This document shows, piece after piece, positions 1-11,500 of a DNA stretch of 54,539 bases; within the stretch, counting starts at the first letter, position 1, and each line of letters begins with the position of its first letter. The notes beneath the pieces were generated by a model. It had not been told where the DNA came from. It did not search any database and was given only the letters and a program-made list of their open reading frames with translations. The DNA lies in assembly GCA_031409655.1 (NCBI GenBank), contig JANNXQ010000124.1, forward strand, positions 1-54,539, in the 5' to 3' direction. The position numbers were made by a program, and so were the translations under genes. Source of the stretch: Chthoniobacteraceae bacterium. Its GTDB lineage: Bacteria > Verrucomicrobiota > Verrucomicrobiia > Chthoniobacterales > Chthoniobacteraceae.

Positions 1-840
1 GTCGGCTTCGTCGATCGCGTTGACATAAAGCGTGTAGGTCCGCCCGGAGACCAGGCCGGTCAGGGTGACGGTCGGGGTTTCTCCGTCCGCTTCATAGGCG
101 ACCCGATGCGTGCGGTAGGAGCGACCGTAACGATAGCGCGCCGTGGCGACGATAGTGTAGCCGGCGGTGCGGTCGGCTCCGATTCCGACTGGCGCAGACC
201 ATGTGGCCGTAGGAGAGAGATCGGTCAGGCCGGTGACTTGAAGATTCAAAACCGGCCCGGTGAAATGCACGTAGAACTCAAAGGTAATCTCCGTGCTGGC
301 GGCGGCATTGGTGGCGCGGACCATCACGGGACGCAGGCCGGCGAATTCTGGCGTGGGCACCCAGGAAAGCTGGCCGGTGCCCGCGTTTATCGTCATGCCT
401 GCGGGAGCCGAGACGATTTCATAAGTCGAAGTCGTGTGACTGGCATCGAGCACCTGGTCCGTCCACGGCGAGCCGGCGACGGCATCGCGAAGCCCGCCCG
501 CGCCTGGCGCAAACTGCACGGAGAGCACCGGCACGTCGGGGCGCACGGTGAGGACCACGGAAAGATCGGCGATGCCGCCGGTATTGATCGCGCGCATCAC
601 CAGCGTGTGCGTTCCGACATCAGCGGGCGATGGCATCCAGCTCGCCACGCCCGTCTCTGGATCGACGGTGAGGCTCGCGGGACCTGAGACGATGGAGAAG
701 GTGGCCGCGGGATTCGCGTTCACCCAAAACTGAAGCTGCAGCGGGAAGTTTGCGGGCAGACTGGTCGCGCCTGTGGAGCGGAAGGAAACGGGCGGCGAGA
801 GCGTCTTAAACGAGACGAGCGGGGAATTGGCCGATGGAAT
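1..840 (-). CDS. Ig-like (He_PIG-type)/fibronectin-III repeat protein; runs off the window and appears 5'-truncated
   Basis: Manual translation of the frame after TAG 841-843 gives IPSANSPLVSFKT...GPASLTVDPETGVASWMPSPADVGTHTLVMRAINTGG...PAGMTINAGTGQLSWVPTP...TVTLTGLVSGRTYTLYVNAIDEAD. It begins mid-domain. The first GTG is at 723 and the first ATG at 636, with no signal peptide. Confidence 0.65.
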   Translation of the reverse strand, partial: MPSANSPLVSFKTLSPPVSFRSTGATSLPANFPLQLQFWVNANPAATFSIVSGPASLTVDPETGVASWMPSPADVGTHTLVMRAINTGGIADLSVVLTVRPDVPVLSVQFAPGAGGLRDAVAGSPWTDQVLDASHTTSTYEIVSAPAGMTINAGTGQLSWVPTPEFAGLRPVMVRATNAAASTEITFEFYVHFTGPVLNLQVTGLTDLSPTATWSAPVGIGADRTAGYTIVATARYRYGRSYRTHRVAYEADGETPTVTLTGLVSGRTYTLYVNAIDEAD

Positions 841-881
841 CTACCCGCGTCCTGCCACTTTCCATCTCGCCGCGCGCGCTT

Positions 882-2450
882 CTACAGCATGAAGCCGAGG
901 TCGGCGGTCGCGAAACGCGAGAGATTTGGGAAGACGGTTGCCATGTTGGCCGGGGTGATGCCGATCCATTTCGCCAGGGTCGCAGCGTACTGGTCCACCG
1001 CCGTGGTCGGAATCCAGCGTCCGGTGCTGGTGTCGTCCGGTCCGCCGACGGTGAGGGTCGGGAAGTTGCCGTAGGTCTTTTGCCCATCGACGGCGCCGCC
1101 GACGACGATCGAGTGGGTGCCCCAGCCGTGATCGCTGCCGCCGCCGTTGCTCGGGAAGGTGCGGCCAAAATCGCTGGCGGTGAAGGAGGTCACGCGATTG
1201 ACGAAGTTCGCATCGGCGTATTGCGTGCCGATCGCCACCATCGCGCGCTGGAAGGAGTGGATGCACTGGCTGACTTCGGCGAGCAGATTGGCGTGCGAAC
1301 CGAGGATGGGATTGGCTCCGTCGGTTTGGTTCGTGTGCGTGTCGTAGCCGCCCACCTGGACGAAGAAGATCTGCCGCTTCATCCCGAGGCCATTACTTAC
1401 TCCGCTCTGCCGGTAGCCCGCTTCGATGATCTTCGCGACCATGCGCAGTTGTGCCATCAGGCCCGAGTTGAAAGTCGAACCGCCATTAGGAGTGACGACC
1501 TGGTCGATGGTGGCGGTCTTGCTCCAGTTTGCCGCCGTGGTCCAGTAGGACGGCATCTGCGTGCTGGATAATCCGGCGCTCAACGCGCTGCCGGTATCGA
1601 CGGAATGTTCGAGCGCCTTGGCGTAGTTCGTGAGGTAGTGATTCGACTGGCTCTTCTCGAGGCCGAGGATGGAATTCTGCAACGCCTTTCGCGCGGCCAC
1701 CGCAGATGCCGGGTTACTCGGATTGGTCAGCCCGACGATACCGCCGGTGCCGACCGAATACTCCTGCACGCTGGCGCCGACCTGGAAGGTATTGGCACCG
1801 ACCAGGGTGACACACGTCGGCAGCACGTCGAGGCCGGCGTCCTGCGGATTGTAGCTGTGCAGGATGTCGGCCATGCGCCCGCCCCAGCCGCTGGTCGGCA
1901 GGAGATCGGGGATGGAGGTCTGCCATTGGGTGACCTGGTCGCTGTGCGAGAAGAGCTGCGGTGGCCGCGGCACGGAGCCGGACGAGAATTCCGCCTTGGT
2001 CATGGGATAAACCAGGGTGCCCATGTTGAATTGAAGGGCGACCTTGCCGAGTCCGGTAAAACCGGCGGATTGGTTGAACATCTTCGCCAGCTCGGGCATC
2101 GCCGGGTGCAGCCCGTAATCGTGGCCGTCGCTCGTCAGTGGACTGAGCGCCTGGGCCGTCGCGGGACCGCCATCCGTGTTGGGAATGGCCAGCACGGTGC
2201 GGTAGTTGTCGTAGTTGGTGTATTCCGCCGGGATGATCGGGATGATCATGTTATTCGCGTCGTTGCCTCCGTTGAGGAAGATGCAGACGAGTGCCCGGTA
2301 GTCGGTGAAGGGGCCCTGGGCGAGCGCGGCACTCATGAAGTGCAGGTCCCGCAGACAGTTTTTCATGGCCGCCGCGCCGAGGGCGGCACACGCCGCCTGG
2401 CGGATGAACGAGCGACGAGTCGCGGACAGGGGGTAAGAGTCGGGTTTCAT
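882..2450 (-). CDS. DUF1501 family protein with Tat signal
   Basis: N-terminal TRRSFIR. Motifs LVCIFLNGGND, LFSHSDQ, GGYDTH, SDFGRT, GSDHGWG and GRWIPT. Directly downstream of the DUF1800 gene. Confidence 0.9.
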   Translation of the reverse strand: MKPDSYPLSATRRSFIRQAACAALGAAAMKNCLRDLHFMSAALAQGPFTDYRALVCIFLNGGNDANNMIIPIIPAEYTNYDNYRTVLAIPNTDGGPATAQALSPLTSDGHDYGLHPAMPELAKMFNQSAGFTGLGKVALQFNMGTLVYPMTKAEFSSGSVPRPPQLFSHSDQVTQWQTSIPDLLPTSGWGGRMADILHSYNPQDAGLDVLPTCVTLVGANTFQVGASVQEYSVGTGGIVGLTNPSNPASAVAARKALQNSILGLEKSQSNHYLTNYAKALEHSVDTGSALSAGLSSTQMPSYWTTAANWSKTATIDQVVTPNGGSTFNSGLMAQLRMVAKIIEAGYRQSGVSNGLGMKRQIFFVQVGGYDTHTNQTDGANPILGSHANLLAEVSQCIHSFQRAMVAIGTQYADANFVNRVTSFTASDFGRTFPSNGGGSDHGWGTHSIVVGGAVDGQKTYGNFPTLTVGGPDDTSTGRWIPTTAVDQYAATLAKWIGITPANMATVFPNLSRFATADLGFML

Positions 2451-2458
2451 AGGTTGAG

Positions 2459-5400
2459 TTATCTCTGGATGGCGTATTCGCCGGTGATGAGGATCTGGTG
2501 AATAATCGCCCGCACCCGGTCACGCATCTGTTGATTGGTCGGCGTGGAGTAAGGGAAGTTGGTGTTATTCGCGACGGTGTTGCGGATGGCGGTCCTGACG
2601 CCCGGCGTGAGCGGGCCGCCGACGAGGCGATCCGAGATCTTGTCGATGAGCGCGAAGATGCCGGCGTTGCTCGTTTGCGCCGGAGTCATGAATTCGCCGA
2701 TGTCGAAGACCACGGAGCCGCCGCCGTCGTTGAAGCTGCTCAAGCCATTCAGGTTGTCATTGCTGCCGCCAGTGCCGATGAACATTTTGGTCAGGCTGTT
2801 GGTGAGAACGGCGATGTCGGTGTCGTTGCTGAGCTGGAACTCCGGCGAGTCGAGGTTGTTATTGGCCAGAGTGCCGGGGTACTTGTAGTCGGGATAGAAG
2901 AAGTTGAACACCGAGGGCGCGTTCAGCGGCGTCTGCGAAAGCCGGGTGTTGGTGTCGCCCACGGAGAAGGTGCTCGACTGAAGGACGACGACGCCGGAGC
3001 GGCCGGTGGGCGCAGGTCGCAGCGGAAAAACTTCGACGTTGTTTCTGGCTCCGCTGGCGCCGGGGTAGTCGCCGAGCGGCGGGGGATAGACCATGGGGTA
3101 GGTGACGGTGAAGGTCTTGTTGTCGATGAGGCCGATTACGTCGAACTCGCCGTCATACGGCCCACCCGTGGCCACGCCGGAATCGATCCAGACATGATCG
3201 CCGACTTGCAGGTTGTGATTCACGGTCGTCCTAAACCGCACGACGGTGCTGCTCAAGGCCCGGTGACCAGCGTTCATCTTCGGCAGCAGTAGCTTGCCAC
3301 TGCGAGCGGCCACCGGTGTGTCGGCGGTGAAAACGGTGAAGACATTCCCAGGGCCGAGGGTCTGCACGTCATACACGCCGTCCGCCGGGCGGGGCGAGCC
3401 GGAGAGGAAGCTGAGATGCACGCGGCTCTTGGCGCAGCGCTGGAAGCTGCCGAGGTTGGTATTCGCCACGGTGCAGTTTACGGGGATGGAGAAGGTGTTC
3501 GCGTCGATGACGGTCACCGTGTAGTGAGCGTTGATAGCGGGGCTGAAGGTGCCGGTGGTGATGTTTTTGACCAGCACCACGGAGCCTGTGCTCAGACCGT
3601 GGCCGGTTGAGGTGAGGATGGTAGGATTGCCGACTGTCGCCGGGGCGGTGAAGCTTGAGACGGTGGCATCGCCGCGCACGTCGATGTTCGTTTGCGGGCC
3701 GAGCGAGAAGACGGTCAGCACCTTGCTCCCTGCCGCCTGATTCCAGCTTTGACCGAGCACGCCGGTGGTGCCCACCTCGAGGGTGGTGGCGCCGACGATG
3801 CTGCCGGTGTTGCTCGTGGTGGCCGCAGTGCAATTGACCGGCACGGTGAAGGTGGTCGCGCCGGTGACGGTGACGGTGAAGGAGCCATTGATGCTCGGCG
3901 AGGTGGTGCCGCCCGTGACGCCGGTGATCGTCACCGCGTCACCCGTGGTCAATCCATGATCGGTCTGCGTGGTGACGGTCGCGGGATTGCCAACGGCGAC
4001 GCTGGCGATGGCCTGGGTGGAGGCCACATTGTAGGACGTGCTGGTGGGATTGTCCCAAGGCGTCAACACCTGCCCAGGAGGCGAGTAGTTGCCCGTGAAA
4101 TCGAGGCTCACTTCGAAGCCGGCGCTGAAGTCCGTCGGAGTCGGCGTGACGATGCGGAGCCGGTCGGACTTCGAGCCGGTGAGCTGCGTGTAGGTGCCGG
4201 TGATCGGCAGGCTGGGGAAGGATCGCGCAGGCCCAGTGACGCGCAGGAGAGGCTCGCGCTGCTTGCCGTGCGAATCCGAGGCGAAGGCTGCGGCGGAATT
4301 GCGCGCCTCACTATCGAGAAGGATCTGCGTGACCACGGCGGCGAGGTCGCCGCGCACGCCGGAACCATTGTCGCGGAACTTTTGCACCACGCGATAGAGG
4401 TAGCCGGGGCTGGGCTGGCTCTTCACCAGGCGCTGGATGAGCTGGCGGCAGATGTAAGGCGCGACGCTGTCGTTATCGACGATATTCTGAAGCGCACGGT
4501 CGAGATCGGTCAGGCCGTATTCGTCGTATGGATGCGGCAGCGTAGTCCCGCTGCTGTTGGACTGCGAGCCGCCGACCGGATTGATGCCGCCCGTGTCGTA
4601 GCCACCGCTGCCGGGGCCATCGGCGGCGATGACGGTGGCGCCATAGACAAAGCCGGTGTTGGCGGTGGGTGCGGCGGTGCAGTTGATGCCGATGCGGAAA
4701 GCCGTGGGACCGGTCACTTCCGTGACGAGGTGGTAGCTATTAATCGAGGTCGGGTTGCTGTAAGTGCCGCCAGTGACGCCGGCGATGCGCACAGTGTCGC
4801 CCAGTTTCAATCCATGCTGGGTGCTGGTCAGGATATCGGCGGGCGAACCCACGGTGACGCCCGTGATATTGACCCGCGGCGTCTGCCCGGTGGCTGGCGG
4901 GAGGACGGCGCGGTCGAGCAGGAGCTTGCTGCCGCGCTCGTGCCGCGCGGGCACCAGCACCATCGGGTTCTGATAGTTGGCGCTGGGACTGAAGCTGGTG
5001 GGCAGACGGCCATTGCTCTGAAGTGCTTGTGAGTAGTTCCATCCCGTAAAGGTGTTGGCAAAGCCAATCACCTCGGGCTGGCGGTAAGTCGGAACGAGAT
5101 TGGCCTTCGAGTCGAGCTTGAGCCGGCCATCGTCCCAGCGCGCGTAGAGGCCGCAGGAGAAGAGCTGCAGAATCTCTCGCGCATAGTTCTCATTCGGCAG
5201 CCGCCCGATGGATATATCTGGGAGTTGATTCGCACGCATGTCGAGGAAGCGACCCATCGCCGGCGTGAGCGTGACCGCCTCCAGCAGGCCGTGGAAGGTG
5301 CCGCTGCCGTCGATGCCCGGCGTGGGCAGGCAGTAGTCGATGAGCGTGTCGTAGTAGTCGGCGAGCACGGGGCCGTTTTGAGAAAGCGGGCCACCGAGGT

Positions 5401-8400
5401 CGCTCTGATAGGAGACGACCATGATCTGGCTGAAGGCAAAGGCGAGCCGCTGGCGCAACTGGTCCTCGCCATCGATCGCCAGCTTCCACCAGGTGTTCAC
5501 GAACTCGGACGACGGATCGGGATTCGTGACATCGTCGGAGATCAGCGCAGCGACATCGTCGGAGGTGTTGCTGTTCGGCTTGGTCAACTGGTCGGCGATC
5601 CACGCCGCGAAACCGTTCGCCTTCACATAGGCGATGTCGCTCGGACTCGCTCCAAAGCTGGCTTGGTTGAGGAAGCGTGCGGCGCCCGCATCGGTGGTGT
5701 GATCGTCGGGATAACCGGGATCAACATAGGCCGCCGCGTCCGGCGGCGTCTGCGACCCATTGAGGAGCCCGAAGGTGCCGCGAATCTCTCCCGCCGGATA
5801 AAGGGCGGAGTGAATATTGAGGTAAACCTTGCCGCGCTCGATGGCGTCCACGATCGAGACTGCGCTCGGGAAGGTGCCGCCGGGAACAATGTTCCAGATG
5901 TATTCACCGGTGCTCGGGCGCAGCCCGGGGTGGAATGCATCGATGTCGTCGATGTCGAAGATGATTTCCCCTTGCGGATGGGAATCAAAGCCATCGACAT
6001 GGAGATGATAGGACGTTCTGGGCGAGCCGAGGCCGCGATACTCGAACTTCAAGATCGCCTGGGTGCCCGCGGCATTGACGCGGAGGCTGGCCGAGCCGCT
6101 CGCCGTCGTCGCCGCGCCGGCTTGCGGCCCGAGATTGCAGGCGTAGAGCGTGCCGGTCGGGGCGACGGAGATCGGATAGTCGTAGGGCTGGAAGACGTAG
6201 CCCGGCATGGTGCCGCTGAGCGGGAAGCCGCGGAGCGCCGCGCCGCCATTGGCAATCTGCGCGGGAGTGCCGTCGGGATTGGGCGAACTTGAGATGGCGA
6301 TGGCCGCACCGATATCATCCTGGCACCAACCTACCGACACATGATCGTCAGCATCGGCACCGGTATTATGCAGCACCTCAAAGTAATACTTCTCGCCAGC
6401 CACAAAGGCCAGCCAGGAGCTGATCTGGCCCGGCTGAGCATTCCAGACCTTCTTGCCGGTGCCCGTGGGCGTGACCACCGCGCGCCGGATCTTGTTCACT
6501 GCCTCGGCATCGTTGGAGATATAGAGTTCGGCCGCGTTGTTGGCTGCGAGCCAGAAGTAATAGTTGCCCGTCTTGGGCGGGACGAAGTAACCGCGCAACC
6601 GCTTGCCGGTGTTGTTGGCATGGTCGCCATCGTCATCCGCGGTCGCGATGGTGGTGTGGCCGGGGTCGCCATTCGGCAGCACGATGCTGGCGACGCTGCT
6701 GCCCGTGGCCGTGAGCACCTCGCGGGAGAGCCCGCCCACTGGATAGATGGTGAACTGCACGACCGAGCTGCCCCTGACCGCGCTTGCGGCCGTATTGGTC
6801 GCATTGATCGCGCAGTTGAAACTCCCCGCCAATGTCGGCGTGCCGGAGATGATGCCCGTCGTTCCATTCAAACTCAATCCAGGCGGCAGCGCGGCGCTAT
6901 TGGCATCCAGCGCATAAGTCACCGTGCCGCCGATATCCGGACTGGTGAGCGAGTAAGTCAGCGGCGTGCCCGCGTAACCGATGATATCGATCGCCGAAGT
7001 GATCGCGGTGAACTTATTGGCCAGCGTGGGCGCGGGAAATAGCCGGTTCCGCGGGATGATCTCCTTTACCAGGCTCGCACTCCACCAATACAGCTTGGCC
7101 TCGGCCGTGGTGCTGGCCGCTGCATTCCAGTAGTCGATCTGGATGTCGTAGAGCACCCCGGCTTCCAGATCGATGGTATTGATGTAGTCAGTGGCTACCT
7201 GCGTCGTCCACCGGTCAATGAGCAGCCGCCCATTGACCCACACCTTGGCGCTATCGTCGCTGCGGAAGTCGATGGTGTAAGTCTCGGAATACTGCGGGAG
7301 AATCTGGCCGGTCCACCGCACCGAGAAGGCCCTGTTCGTCGAAGCGGGCGACAGGCCCGTGGGTCCGCCGGTCGAGCCCCAGCCATTGACGCCGCTGGAG
7401 AAGTTGACCGGTCCATCGGTGCGCGACAATTCCGCCGCTCCAGCAAAGATGGTCGTCTGGGCGGTGTAGTCCGAGTTGGAGGTGTTGTGATAGCTCGCGG
7501 TCAGGCCCGTGCCGTTGGTCCTCCCGGCGGGAAAGATGACGACGCTGCCGCTGGTCGTGCCGCCCAGCGTGTAACCAAGCCCCGCGAGCGCCTTCACGAT
7601 CGCGGTCACGTTCGTCCGGCGCGAGAGGTTCGCCTTTGGATTCACATCGAGGAAGACCTCCGTCGCGCCCACGGGAAAGGTGACCGAGGATGGCAGCGCA
7701 TCGTAATCCGTGCCTTCGGTCGCCGTGCCCGCCTTTTGCAGCGGCACGATGATCGAGTTGAAAAGCAGCGGTCCCGCGCGGCGCACCACGATCCGGCCCG
7801 TGTCCACTGGCGGCGTCGCCGCATCCGGCGGCTGGGTGGCCGTGACTTCCGTGGCCACCACCGTCACCACATTCGAACCCGCCACCCCCACGACGAGGCT
7901 GGTGTGATCATCCGTGGGGCTGCCCGCGGTATTCGCCGTCGTCGGATTATATCCCGCCACGCGCTCGGCCCAGTCACTTACCTGATCGTTGTCCGTGTCG
8001 ATGTCTTGCACCAGCACGCGGTAGAAGTTACCCGCCGCCTTGGGCGCGGGGATCGTCCGCGTCGTGCCATCGCCCGTGAGCGGCGCGCCTGTCGCCGTCC
8101 ACACCGGGGAGGTCAGGTTCGCTGATCGCTGCGCCACATACTGCTTGCCGGGCACAGTCGGGAAGCTCAGGTCGATGTTCAAGCCATTCGGAATCACCGC
8201 CGAGATGCGGATGGTCGAACCCGCCGCAAACGGATTGGTGCCCGCCGCCAGTTCATTGCCATTGGACAAGCCATCCCGATCATCATCCGCAGCAAGCCAG
8301 GCAGGGTTGCCAAGTTGCGAAGGCGTGACGCCGTAGCTCATCCGCCAGATTTCACCGTTCAGGCCGTAGTCGATGGCTGCCTGGAGGGAATGAGGAAGGA

Positions 8401-8479
8401 TCAACGCGGCCAGGGCGAGGAGCGCCAAGGGGATGCAGCCTGCCCGATCACGGAGGGAACACAGAGAGTAGTAATTCAT
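2459..8479 (-). CDS. Large DUF1800 family protein with Calx-beta, two PA14, Ig-like and CHRD domains and internal beta-repeat insertions
   Basis: DUF1800 motifs AARFLNQASFG, DQLRQRLAFAFSQIMVVS, PNENYAREILQLFSCGL, GKQREPLLR and NAPSVFNFFYPDY. PA14 motif FSVRWTGQILP...SDDSAKVWVNG. CHRD motif YLNIHSALYPAGEIRG. The start is placed at ATG 8479, before the hydrophobic signal, rather than at the ORF-track start that overlaps the upstream gene. Confidence 0.88.
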   Translation of the reverse strand: MNYYSLCSLRDRAGCIPLALLALAALILPHSLQAAIDYGLNGEIWRMSYGVTPSQLGNPAWLAADDDRDGLSNGNELAAGTNPFAAGSTIRISAVIPNGLNIDLSFPTVPGKQYVAQRSANLTSPVWTATGAPLTGDGTTRTIPAPKAAGNFYRVLVQDIDTDNDQVSDWAERVAGYNPTTANTAGSPTDDHTSLVVGVAGSNVVTVVATEVTATQPPDAATPPVDTGRIVVRRAGPLLFNSIIVPLQKAGTATEGTDYDALPSSVTFPVGATEVFLDVNPKANLSRRTNVTAIVKALAGLGYTLGGTTSGSVVIFPAGRTNGTGLTASYHNTSNSDYTAQTTIFAGAAELSRTDGPVNFSSGVNGWGSTGGPTGLSPASTNRAFSVRWTGQILPQYSETYTIDFRSDDSAKVWVNGRLLIDRWTTQVATDYINTIDLEAGVLYDIQIDYWNAAASTTAEAKLYWWSASLVKEIIPRNRLFPAPTLANKFTAITSAIDIIGYAGTPLTYSLTSPDIGGTVTYALDANSAALPPGLSLNGTTGIISGTPTLAGSFNCAINATNTAASAVRGSSVVQFTIYPVGGLSREVLTATGSSVASIVLPNGDPGHTTIATADDDGDHANNTGKRLRGYFVPPKTGNYYFWLAANNAAELYISNDAEAVNKIRRAVVTPTGTGKKVWNAQPGQISSWLAFVAGEKYYFEVLHNTGADADDHVSVGWCQDDIGAAIAISSSPNPDGTPAQIANGGAALRGFPLSGTMPGYVFQPYDYPISVAPTGTLYACNLGPQAGAATTASGSASLRVNAAGTQAILKFEYRGLGSPRTSYHLHVDGFDSHPQGEIIFDIDDIDAFHPGLRPSTGEYIWNIVPGGTFPSAVSIVDAIERGKVYLNIHSALYPAGEIRGTFGLLNGSQTPPDAAAYVDPGYPDDHTTDAGAARFLNQASFGASPSDIAYVKANGFAAWIADQLTKPNSNTSDDVAALISDDVTNPDPSSEFVNTWWKLAIDGEDQLRQRLAFAFSQIMVVSYQSDLGGPLSQNGPVLADYYDTLIDYCLPTPGIDGSGTFHGLLEAVTLTPAMGRFLDMRANQLPDISIGRLPNENYAREILQLFSCGLYARWDDGRLKLDSKANLVPTYRQPEVIGFANTFTGWNYSQALQSNGRLPTSFSPSANYQNPMVLVPARHERGSKLLLDRAVLPPATGQTPRVNITGVTVGSPADILTSTQHGLKLGDTVRIAGVTGGTYSNPTSINSYHLVTEVTGPTAFRIGINCTAAPTANTGFVYGATVIAADGPGSGGYDTGGINPVGGSQSNSSGTTLPHPYDEYGLTDLDRALQNIVDNDSVAPYICRQLIQRLVKSQPSPGYLYRVVQKFRDNGSGVRGDLAAVVTQILLDSEARNSAAAFASDSHGKQREPLLRVTGPARSFPSLPITGTYTQLTGSKSDRLRIVTPTPTDFSAGFEVSLDFTGNYSPPGQVLTPWDNPTSTSYNVASTQAIASVAVGNPATVTTQTDHGLTTGDAVTITGVTGGTTSPSINGSFTVTVTGATTFTVPVNCTAATTSNTGSIVGATTLEVGTTGVLGQSWNQAAGSKVLTVFSLGPQTNIDVRGDATVSSFTAPATVGNPTILTSTGHGLSTGSVVLVKNITTGTFSPAINAHYTVTVIDANTFSIPVNCTVANTNLGSFQRCAKSRVHLSFLSGSPRPADGVYDVQTLGPGNVFTVFTADTPVAARSGKLLLPKMNAGHRALSSTVVRFRTTVNHNLQVGDHVWIDSGVATGGPYDGEFDVIGLIDNKTFTVTYPMVYPPPLGDYPGASGARNNVEVFPLRPAPTGRSGVVVLQSSTFSVGDTNTRLSQTPLNAPSVFNFFYPDYKYPGTLANNNLDSPEFQLSNDTDIAVLTNSLTKMFIGTGGSNDNLNGLSSFNDGGGSVVFDIGEFMTPAQTSNAGIFALIDKISDRLVGGPLTPGVRTAIRNTVANNTNFPYSTPTNQQMRDRVRAIIHQILITGEYAIQR

Positions 8480-8502
8480 GATTGGACAGAAAGGGTTGGA
8501 AT

Positions 8503-11500
8503 TCACGACCGCGTCACCTTCAGATGCACGAAGCGCCGCGTCACGCCGCTGCCCGCAGGCACGGTGACCTTGATTTGCTGGGTGGTGCCATTGTCGCTGA
8601 GGATGGTCGGGGCGCTGACGCCGGAGGTGCTCCAGTCGCTGCCGAGCGTGTCGCTCCACTCGACGATGAAGGTCACGTCGGTGGCGGATTTGTTCTTGGT
8701 GTAGGTGATTTCCACGGCGCCGGCGGTGCGCGCGGCTGCGAGAGCGACGCGGCTGGCGGCGTTGGGATTCTGTGCCGTGGCGTATTCGAGGAGATTCGCC
8801 TCACCGTCGTTATTGGCGTCGGCGAGGTCGGCAGAGTTGCCGGTATTCGCCGTGGTGCCGAAGTTGGCGAAGCGCCACGTTTCCAAGGCGGTGCCGGTGA
8901 CGGTGAGGACGAACGCGTCGCTGGCGGCAAGCGTGCCGTCGCTCACGGTGACGGTGATGGTGGAACTGCCGAGTTGATTCGCGGCCGGGGTGACCGTGAC
9001 CGTGCGGCTCGCGCCGCTGCCGCCGAGGACGAGGCCTGAAAGTGGAACGAGCGTCGGGTTCGACGAAGCCCTCGTCAGCGTGAGCGAGGTCGCCGCGGTT
9101 TCGATATCACCGATGGTGACGCCGAGGGCTCCGGTATTGGTATTCACCGCGATGCTCCGGTCGGTGATGTTGCTGATCGTGGGTGAGTCGTTCACGGCGG
9201 TGACGGTGAGCACAAATGTGTCAGTCGCGGTGAGCGCACCGTCGCTGGCGGTGAGCGTGATGGTGGCGGTGCCGCTTTGGTTTGCGGCGGGCGTGATGTT
9301 CACCGTGCGGTTCGCGCCGCTGCCGACAAAGACGATGTTGGCATTCGGCACGAGCACGAGGTTGCTCGAAGTGCCGGTGACGGTCAGCGTCGCCGCAGCG
9401 GTGAAGTCGTCGCCGAGGACCACCGGCAGCGCCGCGGTGGCGGTGTCTTCGTTCACGGATTGGTTTGCGACGTTGCTGATCGTCGGGGCGGTATTCTCCA
9501 AGGTCAGGATGAGTCGCGGACGATTGGCGGCGTTGGAGTTTTCGCGCGAAGCATAGGAGACGTTGCCAGCGGCACCGTAGTTGTCCGTGGAGACGATGCG
9601 GAGCGAAAGCAGCTTGGCGCTGTCGAGCAAGGTTTCCTCAACCTGCGGGGTGACGGTGAACTCCACGGGTTGCCCAGTGACCGGCAGCCACTGGGCGAAG
9701 AGTTTGCCCGAGGCGGGCTTATTGGCGAAAGTGATCGTGGTCTCGCCCCAGGTGCCGGTGCTGACGAAGGTCGCGCAACTTTCGTTGCCGGTTTGGGCGG
9801 CTGAGGTTCCGGCGAGTCTCACTCTGGCCTGCAGAATTTTCCCGCCGATACCGTTGAGATCCCAACGAAGAAACGACTCGCGATCCAGGTCGAGGTTCGA
9901 GTCCTCCTTCGTTAGCAAAGTCGGTGCTGTTCCGTAGGTGGTGCCGGCATTGGCCCCGCCCTGGACATAGGCATCGGCGACCGGGGTGAGCGTGATGGTG
10001 TGCGTGGAGGGCTGCGCCTTTTGCACCTGCAAATGCAGCACGGCGAAGTCCACCGCGGTGTTCGTGCCGAAGGCGAGGTTCAGCCGGCCATCGGCCAGCA
10101 TGGCAGGTGTCACTTCCACGGTGCGCACGGTCGGCGCGGTGGTGGAGATGGGTGTCCAGCCGAGGCTGGTATAGCTCTGCGGGTTCGTGGTGCTGTCCAG
10201 CCAGATGCTATCCGCGTCGGCATTGGTGATGCCGCGCAGGCTCACGGTCAGTGAGGCCGCGACGATGGTGTCGCCGGGGTCGAGGGAAAAATCGAGGGTG
10301 CATGCGGTATAGCGATTGCCCGCCAGGTAATCGAACTTCGCATCCGCGGGCAGCGCACTGAGCGCCTCCACTTGGGTGAGCCAGGTGGCATCGCAAGTCA
10401 CCGTTTCCCCGGTTCCGCCGGTGCTGGAGTGCTGGTCCACATCGCCGAGCCACACTTCGCGAAACTCTGAGTCCGGCCATTTCATCCGTTGCTGGAGCTG
10501 GCCGTAGTAAAGGCTGCGCGGACTTACCGCCTTGCCGGTGCCCGAGGGGCCGCTGCTGTCGTAGGTGCCTGCCGGATCGGCACCGACGGAAAAGCCACTG
10601 GAGCTGGCGATGGTGCCGATGGAGCCAACGAGCCAGTTGCGCGCGGTGGGCGGATTGCGCACGCTGAAGCTAGCCGCTTTGCAATTCCAGACCGCCATGT
10701 AGGCGCCCGCCCAGCCGTGGCCGGTGCCGGAATTGCCGCGGTTTCGCACGTTGATCTCATTGCCATTGATAGTGACGCCATCGAACAACCCGCCGACCGA
10801 CCAGCGGTGGTGCGGTCCGGTGTCGCTATACGCGGTGTCCGCGGTGCAGTGAACAAACGCGTTTGGTCCCGGCACCGTGCCGCCGAAAACGAAGTCGTGC
10901 CGTCCCTTGCGCGCATAACAGTTTACAAAGAGCGCGCCCTGCGCTCCCTCGTTGTTGAAGGAGTAACGTCGCCCACCTTCGATCAACGAGATCGGGTCGA
11001 GGCACTGCGAGTCGGCCACCGTCAGCCACTTCGTGCCGCTCCCCGCGCTGACCGCCGAGTAGGCAAAATACTGCGCCGTGATCTCTCGCACCCAGCAATG
11101 CTGGACATCATTGATCTGGATGAATTTCCACGAGTGAAGTTCATCCGTGCTGCTCACGTAGTCCGAGAAGCCGTAGAGATCCTCGATGCCGACCTGCTCG
11201 ATGCGGTTGCTCCAGGTGTAGCGCCAGATTTGTCCGCCGCCGTAGATGGCCTCGAAGGTCGAGGGTAGCGGCACATCCACGGTGATCCAGTTTCCGTCGA
11301 TGCGGGTGATGACGCGGTCGAAGCTCAAATCCTTCGATCCGGCAGTCCATGGCACGACGGGATCGGGGCCGAGTAGATCCATGTCCATGTCCGCAATCCA
11401 GTTCGCGGTGCTGGGCCGCTTTACGATCACGGTATGGCCCACGGCGAGCCCTGCCGTGCTATCGACTTCAAAGGTGCGCGCCCCGGCGGGCACCAGCTTC

